From Desulfatiglandales bacterium (lineage in GTDB: Bacteria; Desulfobacterota; DSM-4660; Desulfatiglandales; Desulfatiglandaceae): 64,000 nt of DNA. The DNA lies in assembly GCA_963666345.1 (NCBI GenBank), contig OY762721.1, positions 800,001 through 864,000 of the forward strand. Direction: 5' to 3'. Below, piece after piece: positions 29,913 through 38,995 of this stretch. The position numbers and the translations under genes were made by a program. The notes under the pieces were generated by a model that ran no database searches, was not told the DNA's origin, and worked only from the letters and a program-made list of their open reading frames with translations. How positions within the stretch are numbered: position 1 is the stretch's first letter; each line of letters begins with the position of its first letter.

Positions 29913-29993
29913 ATGAAAATTATCTCGACTGTAAAGCTAATCCGGAAATTGATTTAACGGTTTAATCAGCAAAAGAAAGGTTTCTCAAAAGGC

Positions 29994-31319
29994 CTAGACG
30001 TCTTTCAGACGCATGTTTGAAGGTGCCTTTGATAAGATTTCGCCGAATTCATCCAGACATTCTGAAATTTTCTCAAAATCCCTGGTCCTGGCAATCGGAA
30101 TATCATCCACTCCATGATTGGAAAGTCTGTCAAGGACATACTTTATCGTTAAAGAATCGGTGTCCATGGCGGGTTGAAGCCCCATCTCCCTGTCATCCCT
30201 AGTGCTCACCTCCGATATTATTCCCGCCTCCACAAGCTCTGACACGACCTGTCTTGTACAATGGATAGGGATCTCCAGCTCCTTTGATATGCGGGACTCC
30301 GTCCACGGCTCTTTACCGCCTGAAAAGTTCTTGATCAGGAGCTTGACTATACCGAGCGCCATAAGCCTTTTAAATCTTTCGCTTATGCTGCCGCATTCCT
30401 CCTCGAACTCATAGGTCTCCACATTTTGATGCGCAAAGCAGACCTCAGCGCCGAAAAGGACTATGAGCCAGCTGATCTGCAGCCAGAAGAGAAACAAGGG
30501 TATGGCGGCGAAACTGCCGTAGATCGCATTATACTTGGCCACATTGATCTGGAAACTGATGTAGACCCACTGAAATAGCTGAAACATGGTCCCCGCTATT
30601 ACACCAGCCAGGATTCCGGAAGAGAAATGCACTTTCGTATTGGGCATGAAGACATATATAAAACTGAACAGCAACCAGATGACACAATAAGGAAGGGCCT
30701 TCAGAACAAACATGATAACAGGTGCCACAACTCCCAGTAGCGCCACCTTATTAAGGATCAACTCGGCCTGGCTGGTAATCATTACAGTGACCGAACTTGA
30801 CATCACAAAGAGTATGGGACAGATGAGCATGAGGGACAGATAATCGCTTACCTTTCTTCCGATGCTGCGCGGCTTTGTAACACCCCAGATATGATTAAAT
30901 GAATTCTCAATGTTGGACAGGACCTTTATTACCGTCCAGAAAAGGATAACCATCCCCACGCCCGCGATGATCCCTCCCTTGGTATTTTCAAGAAGTGCCT
31001 GAGAAAATTCTATCACCCGGGCCACAATCTCCTCATGGCCTTCAAGCTTCTTCATGAGTTCGGCTTCAAGCGTGTCCTTGAAGCCGAATCCCTTTGCTAT
31101 TCCGAATATCATTCCGGCCACAGGCACAATCGAAAGAAGCGAATAAAAGGTCAAAGCGGATGCCCTGAGCTGCAGTCTGTCCTGTCCGAACCCCTTGAGC
31201 GCTGCCATAAAGATCCGAACGGTTCCAAGCAGGCGATATCGGAAGGGAGGAAGATCACCCTTGCGGATCCTCCACAAATCCTTTTTAAAAAAACTTGAGA
31301 TCTTTGATATTCTATCCAT
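29994..31319 (-). CDS. YihY/BrkB-family membrane protein with C-terminal HTH-like domain
   Basis: RASALTFYSLLSIVP, YNAIYGSFAAIPLFLFWLQISWLIVLFGAE; start placed at MDRIS (uncertain). Confidence 0.9.
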   Translation of the reverse strand: MDRISKISSFFKKDLWRIRKGDLPPFRYRLLGTVRIFMAALKGFGQDRLQLRASALTFYSLLSIVPVAGMIFGIAKGFGFKDTLEAELMKKLEGHEEIVARVIEFSQALLENTKGGIIAGVGMVILFWTVIKVLSNIENSFNHIWGVTKPRSIGRKVSDYLSLMLICPILFVMSSSVTVMITSQAELILNKVALLGVVAPVIMFVLKALPYCVIWLLFSFIYVFMPNTKVHFSSGILAGVIAGTMFQLFQWVYISFQINVAKYNAIYGSFAAIPLFLFWLQISWLIVLFGAEVCFAHQNVETYEFEEECGSISERFKRLMALGIVKLLIKNFSGGKEPWTESRISKELEIPIHCTRQVVSELVEAGIISEVSTRDDREMGLQPAMDTDSLTIKYVLDRLSNHGVDDIPIARTRDFEKISECLDEFGEILSKAPSNMRLKDV

Positions 31320-31575
31320 GATCAACCTCTGAGAATTATGACCTTTTAAAAATAAGATTATAGAAATATAGCCGTCACAGGCATATATGGTCAAGTCCGT
31401 AAAATCAATCGCCAAAAATAAACATCTGAAACATCATAGTATGAGATTAGACCGCTATTTATGATTAATACCCCTTTTTTTACTCAAAAACTTAATTTTA
31501 TTGCCTCCCTCCCTTGATTAGCGGGGAAAAATAAATTACCTTAGTGCGCGATATTTGCATCAATAAATCTCACTC

Positions 31576-32082
31576 ATGGGGGATAAATTAATGGCGGAAA
31601 AAGATCTTTTGGACGGAAAACGGATTCTCCTGGTAGACGATGAACCTGACGTGCTGGATACACTTGAGGAACTCCTGTCCATGTGTGACCTGGAAAGGGC
31701 ATCCAATTTTGAAGAGGCAAAGGGACTTATGGAAAAAGGCCATTTTGATATGGCCATATTGGATATAATGGGGGTAAACGGCTATAAACTCCTTGAGATA
31801 GCCAATGAGAAGGGAATCTCTGCCGTAATGCTGACCGCCCATGCCCTGAGCCCTGACAACATAGTGAAATCCTTTAAAGAAGGGGCCGCCTCTTACGTGC
31901 CTAAAGATGAAATGGTCAATATAACGACCTTTCTACATGATATCCTGGAGGCAAAACAAAAGGGAAAAAGCTCATGGTGGCGATGGTATGACAGGCTCTC
32001 ACAGTTCTGTGATAAAAAATTCGGCCCCAAATGGCAGGATGAAGACAAAGATTTCTGGGAAAAATTCAGATATTATATCTAG
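31576..32082 (+). CDS. Response regulator (receiver domain with short C-terminal extension)
   Basis: ILLVDDE, AILDIMG, MLTAHA, YVPK; start could be 31591. Confidence 0.9.
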   Translation: MGDKLMAEKDLLDGKRILLVDDEPDVLDTLEELLSMCDLERASNFEEAKGLMEKGHFDMAILDIMGVNGYKLLEIANEKGISAVMLTAHALSPDNIVKSFKEGAASYVPKDEMVNITTFLHDILEAKQKGKSSWWRWYDRLSQFCDKKFGPKWQDEDKDFWEKFRYYI

Positions 32083-32366
32083 GGTTTTATAATCTTGAGT
32101 AGCTGATTCGATTCGAATTCGTAAAGAGTCAAAAAGACGGCACGGCAAACAACTCTCCCGCAAAGGCGGGACAGTTGGGCTTTTTACGAAAACCTCAACA
32201 TTAGGATCGGGCGGGTGTTGATCTGTCTTAAAGAATTTCAGGGCCTGCGGTGAATCGGGCGCCCGGGCCTTTACTGCAACCATTACCGCTTCCGCCATCG
32301 CGATTCAACCAGAACAATCGCGTTAATCCTTCCGCAAATAAGCCGCGACATATCTCCATTCGGGTT

Positions 32367-32420
32367 AAAATACAATATATTGTATTTTTATTTGACACAA
32401 AACACCACTGATAGTATAAA
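32367..32420 (+). promoter_or_regulatory. Sigma70 promoter overlapped by two NrdR-box-like sites
   Basis: Perfect 22-bp palindrome AAAATACAATATATTGTATTTT (32367-32388); second box ACACCACTGATAGTAT (32402) offset 32 bp from the first; TTGACA(32392)-17 bp-TATAAA(32415). Confidence 0.55.
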
Positions 32421-32599
32421 TTTATCCATTTGATGCCTTCTGGAAATCAAGAATTTCGGTCTGGAACACTCAGGGTTAATCCGTCGTCCTAAGGACTTGT
32501 TTCTTCATCTTTTTTTGACAATCTCTTGCCGAAAGCATGTATCCTGAAAAAGGCCTTTCCGGATGGAACATTAGTAAATATCGACATAAGGGCCGAAAA

Positions 32600-33400
32600 A
32601 TGGGTAACGGCATTTATTATCCGGGAAGAAGACGATTCCTGAAACTTACCATGGCCGCTTTGGCAGGCGGGCTTTTAGGATTTGACTCCCTGGCCGAGGC
32701 ACTTGCCCATGACCGCGCAAAAAAGAGACCTTATTCAAAGCCCTGTATAGCCGTTATAATAGATGACATAGGCTACAATCGCGCCTCCGCACTCCGTTTT
32801 CTCGATCTTGGCATACCGATAACCTTCTCCATTCTGCCAAGGCTTCAATATTCCGAAGAACTCGCAGCCGAAATGATTTCTCAAGGCCACGAAATAATGC
32901 TTCATCAGCCGATGGAACCTCGGAACCGCCACATGGACCCCGGGCCCGGAGCTCTCTATGTCGGCTATGAAAGGGAAAGGATAAGAGGGATACTTGAGGA
33001 AAACATCTCTTCACTTCCTGAAGCCATAGGCATGAACAACCATATGGGCTCAAGATTTACGGAATGCCCGGCTGAGATGAAGGAGGTTCTCGAAATCATA
33101 AAGGGAAACAGGCTTTTCTTTGTCGACAGCGTTACAACGGCAAGATCAATTGCGGAAAAGACCGCTGAAAATCTTGGACTGGATAGGGCACGAAGGAATA
33201 TATTTATCGACAATCAACCGGCGGTTTCAAACATACTGGCACAGCTGGAAAAATTAAAGAAATATGCACTTATACACGGAAGCGCCATCGCCATAGGTCA
33301 TCCGCATAAAAAAACCGCGGATGCACTCATGACCTTTCTGGAAAACCTGAAGGACCACAGGATCTGTTTCAGCTATGCGTCCAATCTGGTCAAGTCTTAA
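32600..33400 (+). CDS. Divergent polysaccharide deacetylase (YibQ-like) with Tat signal
   Basis: GRRRFL; IAVIIDDIGY, MLHQPMEP, NNHMGS, FFVDSVT, IAIGHP. Confidence 0.9.
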   Translation: MGNGIYYPGRRRFLKLTMAALAGGLLGFDSLAEALAHDRAKKRPYSKPCIAVIIDDIGYNRASALRFLDLGIPITFSILPRLQYSEELAAEMISQGHEIMLHQPMEPRNRHMDPGPGALYVGYERERIRGILEENISSLPEAIGMNNHMGSRFTECPAEMKEVLEIIKGNRLFFVDSVTTARSIAEKTAENLGLDRARRNIFIDNQPAVSNILAQLEKLKKYALIHGSAIAIGHPHKKTADALMTFLENLKDHRICFSYASNLVKS

Positions 33401-33414
33401 ACTTTAAGACATGG

Positions 33415-33867
33415 CTAAAGAAACCGCATCAGTTGTTGTTTCAGATCCTCCTTAGGAATGGCGCCTACCAGCCTTTCAACCTGAACCCCCTTGTTAAAAA
33501 CAAGCATTGTAGGAATGCCCTGTACCTGATATCTGGAAGCAGTCTTGGGATTCTCATCAACATTGAGTTTTGCGACCTTGAGCCTTCCGGAATATTCCTT
33601 CGCCAGATCCTCAAGAACCGGAGAGACCATCCTGCATGGTCCGCACCAGGGTGCCCAGAAATCCACAAGCACAAGCCCCGGAAAAGAAAGGACCTCGTCT
33701 GAAAAATTGTTATCGGAAATATTGACCGGGTAAGAGATCCGGGTCGAGGCCGCCAGAGGCGTCTTACATCTACCGCAAACAGGGCCTTCAGAAACTCTGT
33801 TTTCAGGTATCCTGTTTTTTGCCCCGCAGCCGGGACATGTTACGATCACATTCCCCTGATTCATCAT
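33415..33867 (-). CDS. trxC: Thioredoxin 2 with Zn finger
   Basis: CPGC...CGRC and WAPWCGPC. Confidence 0.93.
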   Translation of the reverse strand: MMNQGNVIVTCPGCGAKNRIPENRVSEGPVCGRCKTPLAASTRISYPVNISDNNFSDEVLSFPGLVLVDFWAPWCGPCRMVSPVLEDLAKEYSGRLKVAKLNVDENPKTASRYQVQGIPTMLVFNKGVQVERLVGAIPKEDLKQQLMRFL

Positions 33868-33903
33868 TCACCTCACAGAAAAATATGTTTTATAAACAAA
33901 GAG

Positions 33904-34590
33904 CTAACCGGACTCGACCATCCCCTTTTCCAGAAAATCACAAAAATAGAATCGATTGTCCCTCAATACTACCCTGCCGACTGACATATCAATACCTTTC
34001 TTAAATATCGGACCGTCATAGACAAAGGTGTGAAACTCTCCGTTTTCCCCGCATGGATCGACCGACTCAGGCAGCTTTTCAAGGAAATTCCGGTCATATT
34101 CTCTGCCTGCATAGTCTTTTCCAAGCACCGTTCCGTCCACGCAGGTAAGCACCGCCTTGAAACCCAGCTCTATAAACCTCAATGCCAGTGAATGAGTATC
34201 ACTTCCCCAGAGAGGGAAGATACCCTTCATCGAGGCCTTTTCGAGATTTTTCTCCCTGTAGTCCCTGATATCGGCCAGGTACAGATCACCGAAGACCACG
34301 CTCCTCACCCCCTCATCATACCATCTTTCAAGTGACTCCCTCATCCTGGTATCATAGTCTTCATCGCAGCACTCTTTTGGGATAAAGACCATCTCCAGGG
34401 GATAACCGAGCCGGGCCGCCTGCCTTTTGAGTAAATCCAGACGTACTCCATGCATGCTGATCCGCTCATAGTCTTCGGTAACCGTTGTAAGAAGACCGGC
34501 TACGGCATATCCGTCAGATTCCTTTATCTTGTGCAGTGCCAGCGCGCTGTCCTTTCCGCCGCTCCAGGCCACAAGTACCCTTTCAGTCAT
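33904..34590 (-). CDS. DUF71/diphthine-ammonia-ligase-like PP-loop ATPase
   Basis: WSGGKDS, FGDLYL, DPCGENGEFHT. Confidence 0.92.
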   Translation of the reverse strand: MTERVLVAWSGGKDSALALHKIKESDGYAVAGLLTTVTEDYERISMHGVRLDLLKRQAARLGYPLEMVFIPKECCDEDYDTRMRESLERWYDEGVRSVVFGDLYLADIRDYREKNLEKASMKGIFPLWGSDTHSLALRFIELGFKAVLTCVDGTVLGKDYAGREYDRNFLEKLPESVDPCGENGEFHTFVYDGPIFKKGIDMSVGRVVLRDNRFYFCDFLEKGMVESG

Positions 34591-34976
34591 TTTACGCTCA
34601 GACCCCCGCTTTCCTTTTCCGGAGCTTGATTCGCCTTCCCGGTATGGAGAGGCAGAACCATGCTCGGACCCAACATGACCGCACTATTATCTTTGTTTCC
34701 CTCAGGTTTTTCCAGCCCTGTTTCAGTAGATAAAATCATTTTTTGAATTCCGCAATAAAAGGACGGCTTTTATCTTTACTGATAATATGCCGACTCCTGC
34801 AGACCGAGAAACCTTATTGGTGCAGAAGGTAATGGCTTTCATTTCATTATTGACATAATTTTATATATTGAATAAACAAAATATACAAAATACTAATATT
34901 TATAAAATATTTATCACTAACACAGATTTTATGAAAACTCATTATTCATTCTAAAACAACATCTGAGATATAAGAC

Positions 34977-35867
34977 ATGGAACAACAAAACGAATTAGAC
35001 AGGCTTATTGTCACCGTTCTTGCCGAAGACAGCGTCCAGTACGAATCGCCCTATCTTGGCCAGCATGGTGTCTCCTTTTTGGTTGAGGCGGAAGCTGCAG
35101 GTACTGTCCGGCGCATTCTTGTTGATGTGGCCCAGAACCATGATGCGCTGCTTACGAACATGAAATTGATGGGAATCGATCCCGCTGCCATCGACTCCAT
35201 TGTGCTGACACACTGCCACTATGATCACACCCGGGGTCTGGCCCATATAATCCGGGCAATCGGACGCCCGGACATCCCTGTGGTGGCTCATCCTTCGATC
35301 TTCCGACCCAACTTTATCACCTCTCCTTCTCTTCGCCATGTAGGAGTTATGCAGGGTGACGGAAAAGAAGCCATAGAAAAGGCCGGGGGTTTTCTCTGTC
35401 TCTCCGGGGACCCGCTTCAGATAATGCCCGGGCTTACCACATCAGGAGAAATCGAAAGAATGACCGCATTCGAGGAGGTCGGCATCAATCTCTTTACCAT
35501 TGATAAGGGTGCTGTGGTGCCTGATCCGATGCGCGATGATATTTCTCTTATCGCAGCCGTTAAAGATAAAGGCCTGGTAATTATAACGGGATGCAGTCAT
35601 GCGGGAATAATCAACATCGCGAAACAGGCCGTCAATATCGCCGGGGACAAGAAAATCCATGCAATCATAGGCGGTCTTCATCTGATCGAGGCCACAGGCG
35701 ATGCCCATGAGCGGATTAAAAAGACCGTGGATGCCCTCAGACAGATTGATCCGGACCGGATTTACGCGGGCCACTGCACCGGATTTCAGGCTCAAGTCGA
35801 GCTGTACAATACCTTTAACAAGCGCTTTTCCCCTTTGTGCACAGGAATGGCAATAGAAATTTCATGA
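34977..35867 (+). CDS. Metallo-beta-lactamase-fold hydrolase
   Basis: HGVSFLVE, THCHYDHTRG, GCSHAG, GGLHL, GHCTG. Confidence 0.9.
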   Translation: MEQQNELDRLIVTVLAEDSVQYESPYLGQHGVSFLVEAEAAGTVRRILVDVAQNHDALLTNMKLMGIDPAAIDSIVLTHCHYDHTRGLAHIIRAIGRPDIPVVAHPSIFRPNFITSPSLRHVGVMQGDGKEAIEKAGGFLCLSGDPLQIMPGLTTSGEIERMTAFEEVGINLFTIDKGAVVPDPMRDDISLIAAVKDKGLVIITGCSHAGIINIAKQAVNIAGDKKIHAIIGGLHLIEATGDAHERIKKTVDALRQIDPDRIYAGHCTGFQAQVELYNTFNKRFSPLCTGMAIEIS

Positions 35868-35913
35868 CCGCATAAGCGGGAAAGCCCCTTTTTCAGGAAG
35901 GAGGACCTGTCAT

Positions 35914-37266
35914 ATGACCAAAGGCGCTAAACATTTGAGAAAAGAACTTGGGGTCCTTGACGTTACCGCAATAACGGCCGGGATCGTCATAGGCGCAGGG
36001 GTTTTTGTCGTCACGGGCATCGCGGCCAGGTATGCCGGTGCCCTTACATGGGTTTCCTACGCCATCGGAGCGGTTCCCGTCATTCTTGTGGGACTGAGCA
36101 CTGTTATGCTCAACCTCATGTACCCGGTTGAGGGGGGAGAAAGTTATGTCTATCCGACACGTATCGTCAACCGGTACGCCGGGTTCCTGTCGGGCTGGGC
36201 GATGTGGCTTGCCCTCATAGGTCCGGTGGCCATAACGGCCAAGGCCTTTATCATGTATGTCAACGCCCTGCCCGGGCTTGAGACCAAACTGAATGTGGCG
36301 GTAGGAGGCGTGCTCGTAACGGTCGTGTTTTTCTTTATCAACTGGATAGGGATCAGGACCGTCAAGATCATACAGAATGTCATGTTTCTGTTCATGGTCG
36401 CAGGCCTTATTGCCTTCATCATCCTGGGCCTGCCCCATCTCAATGCCGAATACATAAGCATGGGCTCACCCAAAGGATTTGCCGGCGTGTGGAAGGGAGC
36501 CTCCCTTCTCATCTTCGCCTATGCGGGCCTTACTCTTGCCGCCGACCTGGGTGAAGAGGCAAAGGATCCGGCCCGGACCATCTCCTGGGGCATCACGCTC
36601 GGCATCATCGTTCCCGCCCTTCTCTACATCGTATCCGCCTTCGTGTGCACCGGCGTCATCCCCTGGGACCAGTTCGCCGCATCGGACGCCCCCTATGCCG
36701 CAGTAGCCGGAAAATTCATGGGCACCGTCGGGGTGACATTCATCATTATAGTGGCATGGGCGGCTATTCTCTCCTCTCATAACGCGGAGCAGACAGTCGG
36801 GACACGGATCCTTTTCGGCACGGCCCGTGACAGACTGCTTCCCAGGGCGCTGAGCTCGATCAACAGGTTCGGAGTACCTGGAAACGCACTGATCCTGACT
36901 GCGGCGGTTACCATTTTTCTGATCATCTCAGGAACCATCCAGCTCGTTGCCGAAGTCGTGGTGGCGATGTTTCTATATAACTGGATTATCACTCATGTGG
37001 GGGTACTTATGGCCCACAGGAGCCAGCCGGAACTTTACGATAACGCGCCCATGAAACTGAACGGGTGGAAGGCGATATTCCCTGTTGCGGGAATCGTTAT
37101 ATCGTTGAGTCTGCTGATCGCCCAGGGACCCAGGGCGCTTATCTATTCGGCCGTCTGGATGGCCATAGGATCGATCTTCTACTTCGCCGGTTACCGGGTA
37201 AAGAAGGACGAAGTGGATGCGCTTATCAGTGAGTGGCCGAGGGACCGCTACCTGGATATCGAATAA
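35914..37266 (+). CDS. APC-family amino acid permease
   Basis: IGAGVF, EGGESY, FAYAG, GEEAKDP, about 12 TM helices. Confidence 0.92.
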   Translation: MTKGAKHLRKELGVLDVTAITAGIVIGAGVFVVTGIAARYAGALTWVSYAIGAVPVILVGLSTVMLNLMYPVEGGESYVYPTRIVNRYAGFLSGWAMWLALIGPVAITAKAFIMYVNALPGLETKLNVAVGGVLVTVVFFFINWIGIRTVKIIQNVMFLFMVAGLIAFIILGLPHLNAEYISMGSPKGFAGVWKGASLLIFAYAGLTLAADLGEEAKDPARTISWGITLGIIVPALLYIVSAFVCTGVIPWDQFAASDAPYAAVAGKFMGTVGVTFIIIVAWAAILSSHNAEQTVGTRILFGTARDRLLPRALSSINRFGVPGNALILTAAVTIFLIISGTIQLVAEVVVAMFLYNWIITHVGVLMAHRSQPELYDNAPMKLNGWKAIFPVAGIVISLSLLIAQGPRALIYSAVWMAIGSIFYFAGYRVKKDEVDALISEWPRDRYLDIE

Positions 37267-37330
37267 CAACAAGGGGCTCTCCGTCCGAAACATGGCCGGG
37301 GAGCCCCTGGATAAGATTTCCGCAATATCC

Positions 37331-38080
37331 TTATCCGTTTTCTCTCGGTCCGTTCAACCCCTTCCGTTCCCTCCCGTGTCTTTCGCCCCAGCCGTCGGTC
37401 ATCCTGTCTCTGATCTCCCACAGCTCCGGAAAAAACCTCTGCTTGAGCCCCTGTTCAAGGATCTTTACGGAGCGGCCCTTAAGTGAAACGGACCCAAGCC
37501 CTATGGTTCGGCCAACCAGTTGGTAATGGTGAAAACGGAACCGTTGAAATAGTTCGTCAAACTCGCAAAATGCCTCCGCCACCATATAAGAATCGGAAAA
37601 ATCGAAGCTGGAGTCATAAACCATCTCAAGGCTGAGCCCCCGCCGTTCAAGATAAAATCTTTCAAAGGACTGCCACAGAGGCCTTCCCATTGAAACAAGC
37701 TGCCTGAACCCGGGGGATTCCCTGCCGCTCCCGTTTCCCAGGTTGACTCTTATTTCCTGGTATCTCTTTGGGCTCATGGTCTCAAGTATTGAGAGGGTTG
37801 AAATCATAAGTCCCAGGATACTGTGAACCCTCGCAAAAAGCGACAGGACGAGATTTGTATTCGCCGAGCTGATCTGATCGTCTATTTCCATCAGCGTGTA
37901 GACAATCAGTTTCATCCAGAGCTCCTGCACCTGGTGCACTATCTGGAACTGGAGTTCATCTCCGTTTGCAAGTTCATCAAGTGCCTTCTGGCAGGATAGG
38001 AGTTCAAAGGTATTGAGATAGATCTCATAGCTTGTGGTTCCCCTTTTTTTTGGCGTGAGTTCGAAGGCATTCCTGTCCAT
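37331..38080 (-). CDS. Tryptophan 2,3-dioxygenase family protein
   Basis: YEIYL, DELQFQIVHQVQELWMK, LETMSP, GSGRESPGFR, FFPELWEIR. Confidence 0.88.
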   Translation of the reverse strand: MDRNAFELTPKKRGTTSYEIYLNTFELLSCQKALDELANGDELQFQIVHQVQELWMKLIVYTLMEIDDQISSANTNLVLSLFARVHSILGLMISTLSILETMSPKRYQEIRVNLGNGSGRESPGFRQLVSMGRPLWQSFERFYLERRGLSLEMVYDSSFDFSDSYMVAEAFCEFDELFQRFRFHHYQLVGRTIGLGSVSLKGRSVKILEQGLKQRFFPELWEIRDRMTDGWGERHGRERKGLNGPRENG

Positions 38081-38138
38081 AGTCTACCTCCCTGTTTGAA
38101 AAGGTTATGCTTGAAAAAAGGCAGGAAACAGCGGGAAG

Positions 38139-38957
38139 TCAGTTAATTTTTTCTCTCTTTTTCAGGTCGTATCGATCGCCATGTCGTAACAGGCGGTATC
38201 CATCGAGCTGAGCGTGCAGATCGGTAAAGCGCCCGCTTTGTCCTTTGATGAGTGGGCCGTCCAAAGCAGTGACATAACCGCTCCCGAAGACACTCATCTC
38301 ATTTCCCGTTACGCTTATAAAGGTGTCTTCGTCTATCCCGATCCCCAGAAGATCCGGGTACCTGTCAAAGACCCTGGGCATGTCGAATTGCCGCTCCAGC
38401 TTCAGCAGGTGCTGATCTATGGCCACATTCTTGATGAAGCCGAAACCTTCCTGATGGTCGCCGATCATGATTTTATTGTCATCAGGCCGTGAATTCGCCC
38501 GTATAAGCAGGGATCCTTGGATGGTGGCACCGGCTGAAATACCGGCAATAACACCGCCGCGCCCGAGAAGTCTTATCAGTTCTTCATGTGTCCTTGTGCC
38601 CAGATATGAATCAGCTAGACGCCACTGTCTTCCTCCGGAAATAAACACCGCACCTGCTTCCGTTAGAGGCATTATAAATTCCTCGGAATCGGCCTGCTTC
38701 CGGTCCCTTGTGTGAAGCACCGTCACATTTCCGAATCCAAAAAGCGCACGGGCATAATCCGGGTCAAGATGCCTTTTCTGCCTGCCCTCCAGCTGCTCAT
38801 CGCTCAACGCGGTAGGGATATATATGAGACCGCAATCGCAACCGCCTGCGATCCCTGTGAATACATCTCTGAACATGCCGTCTCTGCTGATCCTGCCGCC
38901 GCCATGGGCGATAAGGTAGCCTTTTGAAGGCCCTGTCGTAGGTTTTTGATCCATCAA
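38139..38957 (-). CDS. Cyanophycinase-like peptidase S51
   Basis: HGGG, IPTA, GGRQWRL, GISAGA, IDQH, GIGIDEDT. Confidence 0.85.
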   Translation of the reverse strand: MMDQKPTTGPSKGYLIAHGGGRISRDGMFRDVFTGIAGGCDCGLIYIPTALSDEQLEGRQKRHLDPDYARALFGFGNVTVLHTRDRKQADSEEFIMPLTEAGAVFISGGRQWRLADSYLGTRTHEELIRLLGRGGVIAGISAGATIQGSLLIRANSRPDDNKIMIGDHQEGFGFIKNVAIDQHLLKLERQFDMPRVFDRYPDLLGIGIDEDTFISVTGNEMSVFGSGYVTALDGPLIKGQSGRFTDLHAQLDGYRLLRHGDRYDLKKREKIN

Positions 38958-38995
38958 CTTATCTAACTCCGGTCAGTGAGCCCGCTTATATATTG

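Noticed and set aside
32140..32180. c-di-GMP-I riboswitch (GGCAAAC...GCAAAG)
   Set aside because: No GAAA tetraloop/receptor or P2 stem, and it lies at a gene 3' end; better explained as a palindromic repeat.
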